From positions 1 to 35,675 of the forward strand of contig NJBI01000037.1 of NCBI GenBank assembly GCA_005222975.1: a stretch of DNA of 35,675 nt, read 5' to 3'. Positions within the stretch are counted from its first letter, which is position 1, and every line of letters starts with the position of its first letter. The notes beneath the pieces are model-generated. The model saw nothing but the letters and a program-made list of their open reading frames with translations, did no database searches and was not told the DNA's origin. Position numbers and translations under genes: made by a program. This DNA comes from Promethearchaeota archaeon Loki_b31. Its GTDB lineage: Archaea > Asgardarchaeota > Lokiarchaeia > Sigyniarchaeales > SOKP01. Of this stretch, positions 28,223 to 35,675 are shown piece by piece.

Positions 28223-28420
28223 ATGGGAAAAGTTAGAACTATATTAATAAAAAAGGTTTCAAAAGAGTTAATAAATAAATATCCTGATGTCTTTACTACG
28301 GATTTTGAAAAAAATAAAGAATTATTGGATAAATATCTTGAAGTAGACTCAAAACACTTAAGAAATCGAATTTCGGGATATATCGTTAATCTAATGAAGA
28401 TCAGATCTCGAGAACAATAA
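28223..28420 (+). CDS. rps17e: 30S ribosomal protein S17e (eS17)
   Basis: MGKVRT...FTTDFEKNK...SKHLRNRISGY. Confidence 0.97.
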   Translation: MGKVRTILIKKVSKELINKYPDVFTTDFEKNKELLDKYLEVDSKHLRNRISGYIVNLMKIRSREQ

Positions 28421-28465
28421 AAAATTGAAAAAAATTGAGTTTAATTATAATTATTTATAGAGGAT

Positions 28466-28846
28466 GTGGCGTTTATTAAAGAAGACGCAAAGAAAATGGC
28501 AGATCTTCTAAGAACGGGTCATAAAATGCTAAATTTATCTTGCCCTATTTGTAATAATCCAATTTTTCAAAATAAAGAAGGAGTATCTTTTTGTGCAATT
28601 TGTAATAGAGCAGTAATTATGGCAGACAGCGTTTCAGATAAAAATATTGAGGAAAATGAAACAATTCTGAATAAAGACACCAAACAAGTCAATATACCAA
28701 TCGTATTAATAACCATTCTTACTGATAAACTAAATTGGATTACTCAAAAATTAGAGAAAGAGAATCAATTGGATATTATCGAAAAATATTTAAAAATATT
28801 ATTTGATCTTTTAAACCTATTAGAAAAAGCTAAAGGCTTTAAATAA
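28466..28846 (+). CDS. Sjogren/scleroderma autoantigen 1 (UPF0148)-like Zn-finger protein
   Basis: KKMADLLRTGHKML..SCPIC..PIF...FCAIC plus C-terminal helical hairpin. Confidence 0.85.
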   Translation: MAFIKEDAKKMADLLRTGHKMLNLSCPICNNPIFQNKEGVSFCAICNRAVIMADSVSDKNIEENETILNKDTKQVNIPIVLITILTDKLNWITQKLEKENQLDIIEKYLKILFDLLNLLEKAKGFK

Positions 28847-28877
28847 TAAAAAGCGTGTTAAAAGATTTATGTGTTAA

Positions 28878-28987
28878 TGCTTCTGCCGGGATTTGAACCC
28901 GGGTCACGAGGGTGAGAGCCTCGCATGCTTAATCCTTTTTTCTGTGTTAAGAAATCAGTAAGTTTGACCGGACTACACTACAGAAGC
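28878..28987 (-). tRNA. tRNA-Glu(CUC) with 35-nt D-loop intron (28929-28963)
   Basis: Acceptor GCTTCTG/CAGAAGC-A, anticodon arm CGAGG-CTCTCAC-CCTCG, T arm CCGGG-TTCAAAT-CCCGG. Splicing restores GTGTAGTCCGGTCAAGCAT. Confidence 0.95.
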
Positions 28988-29241
28988 AAATAAAATATTA
29001 TAACGCCAATGTTTTAATAAATTTTAACTAAATTTTAAATTTAATTAAAACAATTTTTAGTCTTATTATATAGATTAAATTCAGTAAAAAGAGCCGAAAA
29101 TCAATTGAATTAACATACAAATTCAAATTATTGACGATTAACGATTAAAAGAAGCAATAAAATAAAAAAATAATATATATTGAGTAATATTAAAAAAAGA
29201 AACATTAATTAAATTGCATTCAATATTTAGCCTTTTATATA

Positions 29242-30276
29242 TTACATTGAAATTTGAACTTCATTTGTTATGAAGATTGGTTTAAGCAGGTTTACATAGT
29301 GGTCTCTAATAGAATATTCTGCGATCTTAGTTGCGTCTGAAATTAATTTTTGAGTTAATACGGTTTTTTGGTTAAACTCTCTAGATAATAACTTATCAGC
29401 TAAATATATTACCGCTCCTGTTAAAATAAAAGGATTTCGGCCACCTCGATGCCATTTAGTCAAGCTACTTAGAATTGTTCTGCATTTACTTGTTAAATTG
29501 CGTTTATAATCTTCTTTTGACCAATTACTTCCTTTTTTAATTAATCTATCTTCCAAATTTTTATGATTTATAATACTATCTATTAATCTAATTAGGTAAT
29601 CTTCACTTTTATGTGGAATTGCATTACTATTCAAATGAAATTTATATCTTATTCCATCTCTCAAAATTAGCCTTGGATTAACTCTATGACCAAAATTTTG
29701 AAAGGCATCAGAAATTTCATTTATTGTAACTGGGGCATTATGATACTCTTTGCGAACAGAATAAAAAATACAAAATGCGATCAAAGAAATATTATTTATG
29801 ATTTTTTCCTCATTTTTAACAATCTTTTTGTAATAATACGCAGCGTTGTTTCGGATATTTTTATTTAAATTAAGGTAAATTGATATTTTATTCAAGATAT
29901 TGAAGATTCTATATTCTGTTTCATGATTTTTAATCCTTAGAAATTGAGTATAGTTTTTCTTTAACCTTCTATATAATTTTTGCTCATCAGGCGGCAATAA
30001 TTTTCCTGTTTTATCTTTAAGATATTTTGACTTCTCATAATCTATAAAGGTCCCCAATCCCCCGATATAATCGGTTCTTTCTCCTAACGCAACATACTGT
30101 TTATTCAAGTTATTTTTAATATTGGTCTCATTAAAGATGTATGACGAATCCTTATAAATTTTATCTAATACTAAACCACATTCCTTACATGTCATTTCGA
30201 ATGAGTTTGTTATGACACGACCCCCACATTCAGAGCATTTTTCATAAACTTTACTCTTTTTTGTATTATTTACCAA
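29242..30276 (-). CDS. divergent TFIIB-family protein
   Basis: Zn ribbon CSECG...CKECGLV, cyclin-like repeats, GRNP..L.GAVIY, TQKLIS...EYSIRDHY. Confidence 0.88.
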   Translation of the reverse strand: MVNNTKKSKVYEKCSECGGRVITNSFEMTCKECGLVLDKIYKDSSYIFNETNIKNNLNKQYVALGERTDYIGGLGTFIDYEKSKYLKDKTGKLLPPDEQKLYRRLKKNYTQFLRIKNHETEYRIFNILNKISIYLNLNKNIRNNAAYYYKKIVKNEEKIINNISLIAFCIFYSVRKEYHNAPVTINEISDAFQNFGHRVNPRLILRDGIRYKFHLNSNAIPHKSEDYLIRLIDSIINHKNLEDRLIKKGSNWSKEDYKRNLTSKCRTILSSLTKWHRGGRNPFILTGAVIYLADKLLSREFNQKTVLTQKLISDATKIAEYSIRDHYVNLLKPIFITNEVQISM

Positions 30277-30483
30277 ATTTATTTCACACCAATTAATTGT
30301 TATAATGTAATTAATTTAGAAACCATTTATCTCGATTTTGTAGAATTTTAGTTGTTTACAATTGGAAAATAATTCCATTAAAATACATAGAACATCTATA
30401 GCGAAGGGCTGAGGGATTATTGGAAGTAAAAAAAAAATATAGTATTTTTTAACTTTTAATTTATACTACATTTTACATCAGAT

Positions 30484-30777
30484 TTGTTATTCTTAAAAAA
30501 AATCATTTTAAAAAGAGATATTTCAATGAGTCAATCTCCAAATAAACTCGAAAAGATAAAAAAAATAACTTCAAGCCACAGTAATTTGTTTAAAAGAATT
30601 TTCAAAGAATTAAACCTTATTATAAAAGGGAAGAGAGAAATTATGTATTCCGATATTATTAATCTTATTATACGAGAAGGTTATAAAGGAGAAATATATA
30701 ATGAAATAATTTTATGGTGTAATTATAATATAAGACAAGGGAAATATATTGTAGTGATTGAACAAATAAAGCTTTAG
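30484..30777 (+). CDS. hypothetical protein
   Basis: Open frame; ATG at 30526 is a plausible true start. Confidence 0.55.
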   Translation: MLFLKKIILKRDISMSQSPNKLEKIKKITSSHSNLFKRIFKELNLIIKGKREIMYSDIINLIIREGYKGEIYNEIILWCNYNIRQGKYIVVIEQIKL

Positions 30778-31036
30778 AAAAATCTTTGAAATTAAATAAA
30801 GAAAAGAAGTTTTATATATTAATAAAAAAGGTTAATTTGAAAATTGATTTTCATTTTAATCTTTACTCTTCTAAATTGCTAAGAAATGAAAACTAAAATA
30901 AAATTATAAATGTGTAATTATATTAATATTTAATAATATTATTATATAAAGACCAAAGCGATCTTTCTTTATGTATATAATTTAATAATATGTTTTTTCA
31001 GCCTTTTAAATATTAAACTTCAATGAGGATTTTTCT

Positions 31037-31717
31037 ATGGTTCGATGGACGGCAGATCATAATGTATATATAAAAATACTCTATTGGGGTATGGGAGGAT
31101 CAGGAAAAACAACTATAGTAGACACATTATATAGATTAACTAAGGAACAAAAAAAAGACATTACTCCAACTGGAAATCTAACTAAAATTTCTATGGCAAG
31201 CGGGTCAACATTATATTTTGATAGAGGTATTTTTCAATCAACTAAACAGAATAAAGTATATTACCATGTCTATACTGTTGCTGGGCAGAGCAGGTTCTCT
31301 CCTTTAAGAAAGAAGATTTTCAAGGGTACAGATGGGGTTATTTTTGTCGTTGATTCACAAACACATTTTTTTGAAGATAATATTGAGTCCCTAAAAGAAT
31401 TAAAAAATATTACAAGGGGTAAGTTAATTAAAGAAATTCCCTTGATAACAATGTTAAATAAGCAAGATCTTAGTGAAACTATTGGAGAAGAAGATTTTAA
31501 ACAAGTTCTCAAGGAGGAAAAACTCTGGTATGAACCTGATCATGAATTATATATTTGGAATCCCATAATATACAAAACATGTGCATTATACGACAAGAAA
31601 ATAGATGTTTATCGTAGTTTTACCGAATGCGCAAGAAGAACAGGGCTATATCAAATATATGGGGATGGCAAAGCACCTGTTGGAAATAATTTTAGCAGAG
31701 ACCTCCCTAAATTTTAG
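31037..31717 (+). CDS. MglA-like small GTPase
   Basis: G1 GMGGSGKT, G2 STLYFD, G3 YTVAGQ, G4 NKQD, G5 TCA. Confidence 0.92.
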   Translation: MVRWTADHNVYIKILYWGMGGSGKTTIVDTLYRLTKEQKKDITPTGNLTKISMASGSTLYFDRGIFQSTKQNKVYYHVYTVAGQSRFSPLRKKIFKGTDGVIFVVDSQTHFFEDNIESLKELKNITRGKLIKEIPLITMLNKQDLSETIGEEDFKQVLKEEKLWYEPDHELYIWNPIIYKTCALYDKKIDVYRSFTECARRTGLYQIYGDGKAPVGNNFSRDLPKF

Positions 31718-32076
31718 AAATAGATACGAATATTCAATTTTTTCTTATTATGCTAATGATTACATTTTAATCAAAATTTAATAAAAAGATAAAATTCTCA
31801 TTTTTTAAATAGGTATAATGCGTTTTATTTTTTAGAATTATTAAATAAAATTTATTATTTCAAAGGATACTAGGATTTCCCTAAGGTTATAAAAATTCAA
31901 TGAAAATAACTAACATACATGACCTATTAAATTCAGGAATGAAATGTTATAGTTACCTTGAGGATTATAAGAACCAAAATCTCTTAAATATAAATTTTCC
32001 CATAATTTAATAATTTATATAAATTCTTAATCATTTTATCTAGCATAAACCAATATTAATTTATGTTGAAATAGTT

Positions 32077-32259
32077 ATGGGAGTTTATAATAGCATAAAA
32101 GAAGAATTACCTAACCAATTTTCAATTTTTCAGTTAATTAGTATTTTAGGAGTAGATGCTCAAGAAGGACGTAAGGTCAGAAATTTATTAAAGCAATTTC
32201 ATAATAAAGGTTTTATTAAAAGACTCTCAAAAAATATGTATGAAAAAATTGAAAAATAA
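32077..32259 (+). CDS. small winged-helix-like protein
   Basis: FSIFQLISILG...VRNLLKQFHNKGFIKRLSKNMYEK. Confidence 0.7.
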   Translation: MGVYNSIKEELPNQFSIFQLISILGVDAQEGRKVRNLLKQFHNKGFIKRLSKNMYEKIEK

Positions 32260-32267
32260 ATAAATTA

Positions 32268-32876
32268 TTAATTTGTTATACTCATTTTTAAAGTTAATTG
32301 TGGAAAAATAAAAGTTATAACCCGATTAAAAGAATCTAAAACTCCTTTTCCTTCAATTGCTATTGTCTTATTAACAGAAATAAACTTAAACATATTGAAA
32401 TTTATTTCACTTAAAAACTCGTATTCGTTTAATTTTTGAGGATCTTCTACATCGTATTTATTTAATGAAATAACTATGGGAAGGTTATAAAATTCATTTT
32501 TAAACATAGTTTTTAATTCATTCCATGATCTCAAATTATGTTGTAAACATTGAGCTCTTGAATCAACAACAAAAATTAATCCATCAACACCGTTTAAAGT
32601 AGCGGGCCGGGTGCTTGCATAGAAATCTTGCCCGGTAGCAGAATAAATAAGAAATTTTAAACTCCATTCCGCACCCTTAAATTGTAAAACACCAAAATCA
32701 AACAATAAAGTTCTCCCAACGGTACTATCAATAGAATTTAGGTTTTCCTCTTTGTTGAAATAAGAAAATAATTGTTTTATTGATGTCGTTTTTCCTGACA
32801 TGGCAGGACCGTAATACACGATTTTAACTTGCAAATTTTTTTTCTCATAATCATATATCAAATTAATTAACCCCAT
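32268..32876 (-). CDS. MglA-like small GTPase
   Basis: KIVYYGPAMSGKTT, RTLLFDF, YSATGQ, DGLIFVVDS, NKYD. Confidence 0.92.
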   Translation of the reverse strand: MGLINLIYDYEKKNLQVKIVYYGPAMSGKTTSIKQLFSYFNKEENLNSIDSTVGRTLLFDFGVLQFKGAEWSLKFLIYSATGQDFYASTRPATLNGVDGLIFVVDSRAQCLQHNLRSWNELKTMFKNEFYNLPIVISLNKYDVEDPQKLNEYEFLSEINFNMFKFISVNKTIAIEGKGVLDSFNRVITFIFPQLTLKMSITN

Positions 32877-33763
32877 AAAGATTGCATACTATCTAAGGCA
32901 TTGACTTTTTTACCATTTTCAATTAAAATTGAAAAGTCTTCACCCCATTCTTTATTAATAAAAGATATTATTCTATCAATGGGAGCGTCTTCATAATCAA
33001 TAGTTTCTAAAAGAGTTTTACTCCCAATTTGCGTTTTCATTTCTATGTTATTTAATAGATTTAACCTAGATAAAATAGAAAATGCTCGTTTAGAACCTAA
33101 ATAAAAATTTTGAACCTCTTTTTTAAGGATATTCTTTTTCAATTCTTCTTTTTCTCTATTAAAATCTAATAGAACATCTACTAAATCTTCATCAATTTCT
33201 TCAGATTTAATTTTCCCTAATAAAACTCTTTTCATTTTGATGATGGATTTCTCAGTATCTTGGGAAATTTTTTGTAAAATAGTGTGTTCAAATTGAAGAT
33301 CAAGTAGTTTCCAATTTATGCCCACTAATTCGATAGAAAATGAGTTAGAAAAGAAAGCAATACCCAAAAAACAATTAATTTTTTTTTTAATGCTGTTAAT
33401 AAACTGACGAATCTTATCTTTTTGCTCAAGTATTTCAATTCCAATTAACCAAGAATTAAAACGCTCAAATTGGTTCAGAGCTTTGAGAGCAACACTAGTA
33501 GGACATCGTATATATATTTTTTGAGTATTGTAATCAATATTTTCATTCATTACTAAGTCATGATATTCTGTGTTAGAAATAAAATCCGTATAAAAAATAA
33601 ATTCTTTCCGAAAATGAATCAATTCTGATAAATCTATTAAAAAATCATCGATTTTCTCTGCGTTATTACCATAAACGATAATTGGGATTCTATTTAAGAG
33701 GGTATAAAGTATTAATGTTATATCAGTTGTTTTTAATTTTTCCAATAACTCAAAAAAAATCAT
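32867..33763 (-). CDS. core-DENN-like domain protein
   Basis: LILYTLLNRIPIIVYG...LIDLSELI...WLIGI resembles the cDENN alpha/beta pattern, followed by a helical region; lies between roadblock and GTPase genes. Confidence 0.55.
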   Translation of the reverse strand: MIFFELLEKLKTTDITLILYTLLNRIPIIVYGNNAEKIDDFLIDLSELIHFRKEFIFYTDFISNTEYHDLVMNENIDYNTQKIYIRCPTSVALKALNQFERFNSWLIGIEILEQKDKIRQFINSIKKKINCFLGIAFFSNSFSIELVGINWKLLDLQFEHTILQKISQDTEKSIIKMKRVLLGKIKSEEIDEDLVDVLLDFNREKEELKKNILKKEVQNFYLGSKRAFSILSRLNLLNNIEMKTQIGSKTLLETIDYEDAPIDRIISFINKEWGEDFSILIENGKKVNALDSMQSLWG

Positions 33764-33772
33764 TTTTTCACC

Positions 33773-34789
33773 TTAACCTTTGATAATTAATTCTCCTAGC
33801 ATAGTCTTAATATCAAAGGGCCTTTGATCCTGAATTTCAGACGCTCTCTTAATAAGAGAATGTATTTTGTTTGAGAATTGAGGAATAATTAATCGTATCA
33901 AACCTAGCTTTTGTCGGGATTTACCCATCTCAGTACTAAATATTGCTTTTCCCAAACCATGTATAAATTGAAATGAATTTTCACAATCTAACAATATACT
34001 CTCCGCATTCATTTTTTTAAGCAACCAAGCGCACCTATTTGCTGTTTGAAAAAGCGAATAGCTCATTGCGGAGATATTATCTAAATTTTTTTCCTTATCA
34101 TTGGTGTTTTTCAAAATTTTTGATGCAATAAATCCCCCTTCTATGGTAATATATGCATATTTTAAATCAGGAATTGCAATAGAAAAATTGCTTAAAACTT
34201 TTCTTAGCTCCATAGATATATTTTCTGATAAATTTAACGAAAAAGAAGACACTTTGAAATTAAAATTCTCATTCTCTTTAACATTGAAGCCTTTTATTAT
34301 GCTTTGAATCCGTTGTTCATCAAATTGAACTAATGGTGGTTTAAAAGATTCGCCAGAAGTAATGAGAGTAGTTTTGATCTTTTTTAAACATTCACTAGTT
34401 TGTAAAAAAATCCCCCCTAAATTTGTATTTGGCTGAGCAGTAATTGCTATAAAAAACTCGTGTTTATTATCGAGAATTCCTTGCTGTTGCAAAATCCTAT
34501 TCAAAGAATAATGTATTGGACTATTAAGAGGAGCTATTAAAATTTTTGCTTTCTTTCCCTCTATTAAGATATATTTTAAATCGTTTGGATGTAAATGTAT
34601 TCCAACATTAAAGATCGCACTAGTGGCAGAACTAACGTTAAAAATTTCATCTTTAGAAAACCAGACTCCTGCTGACTGAATTGGATTCCCATCTCTTTGA
34701 GTTAAAACCGCATTTTCTACTCCTTTCAACTGTTTTATTTGATCTAGGTGAATACCTATCTTTTCTCTTAAATCCATTTTAATTCGCAA
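33773..34789 (-). CDS. tandem Roadblock/LC7 (MglB-like) domain protein
   Basis: Two repeats: GVENAVLTQRDGNPIQS...SSATSAIF and DLKYAYITIEGGFIAS...ISAMSYSL...KLGLI. Confidence 0.88.
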   Translation of the reverse strand: MRIKMDLREKIGIHLDQIKQLKGVENAVLTQRDGNPIQSAGVWFSKDEIFNVSSATSAIFNVGIHLHPNDLKYILIEGKKAKILIAPLNSPIHYSLNRILQQQGILDNKHEFFIAITAQPNTNLGGIFLQTSECLKKIKTTLITSGESFKPPLVQFDEQRIQSIIKGFNVKENENFNFKVSSFSLNLSENISMELRKVLSNFSIAIPDLKYAYITIEGGFIASKILKNTNDKEKNLDNISAMSYSLFQTANRCAWLLKKMNAESILLDCENSFQFIHGLGKAIFSTEMGKSRQKLGLIRLIIPQFSNKIHSLIKRASEIQDQRPFDIKTMLGELIIKG

Positions 34790-34909
34790 CGTTCCTTTTT
34801 TAAATTAGTATTTTTAAATTAAAACTTAGATTTTTAAACTACGAATATTTGGAAAATTAACAAAACAAAAAAATTTAAAATGAACCCTTCTTATATATTA
34901 CTATAACAA

Positions 34910-35019
34910 ATCGCATCTTTACCGGTGTGAGCTTGGATTACGGTATGCAACCGTTAGATGAAAAGTTAATTCACTGATGCGATATAAAAAATGTAGTTAT
35001 AATTTTATCGATTATAACT
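34910..35019 (+). ncRNA. structured leader, probably 16S 5' external transcribed spacer
   Basis: Stems ATCGCATC/GATGCGAT, GTGA/TCAC, ACGGT/ACCGT and AGTTATAAT/ATTATAACT between TATA-like boxes and the 16S start. Confidence 0.5.
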
Positions 35020-35107
35020 GAAGAAAGTTAAATTAATAACCCTAAAAGTAAATTAATTCCAAATTTAAGAACTAATTTGCGACTAACTCAATATTTATTT
35101 GATAATT

Positions 35108-35675
<568 letters not shown>

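Noticed and set aside
30356-30368. Mini-ORB-like TTACAATTGGAAA
   Set aside because: Single copy in a divergent promoter region; chance occurrence is likely.
3915-31512. Short antisense or alternate-frame ORFs in the track (e.g. 3915-4154, 5827-6015, 8731-8967, 11720-11971, 16920-17162, 25566-25799, 31270-31512)
   Set aside because: They overlap well-supported genes and have no motifs; expected shadow ORFs.
34910-34983. SECIS element or C/D-box RNA
   Set aside because: No proper AUGA/GA quartet with helix II, no adjacent selenoprotein, and no full box C.

Overview
AT-rich archaeal chromosomal window, most likely Asgard archaea (Lokiarchaeia/Promethearchaeota). This is inferred from the 16S 5' fragment plus the MglA-like GTPases and the roadblock, DENN-like and V4R proteins. 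Housekeeping content: two TFIIB paralogues, ABCE1/RLI, class I LysRS, rpl3-rpl4-rpl23, rps17e, cdc6/orc1, two intron-containing tRNAs (Ile-GAU, Glu-CUC) and the start of a 16S rRNA gene. Mobile DNA: a partial ISL3-type zinc-finger ORF at the left edge, a Zn-ribbon/PD-(D/E)xK nuclease next to tRNA-Ile, and a complete 1,836-bp DDE insertion sequence with unusually long 79-bp terminal inverted repeats and a TAAT target duplication. Most interesting signals: (1) a dispersed Tad/Flp-type pilus system (Flp pilin, Cys-rich TadA-like ATPase, leaderless pilin-like protein, TadBC-like membrane protein, and a prepilin peptidase that appears co-transcribed with cdc6); (2) a roadblock-DENN-like-GTPase operon facing a second GTPase that lacks the MglA arginine finger; (3) a His-less gamma-carbonic-anhydrase-fold protein resembling dynactin p25/p27; (4) a tRNA intron at position 7/8; (5) an inverted pair of ORB-like boxes beside a divergent RHH/wHTH gene pair. 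All family calls come from motif recognition by eye; no database searches were run.
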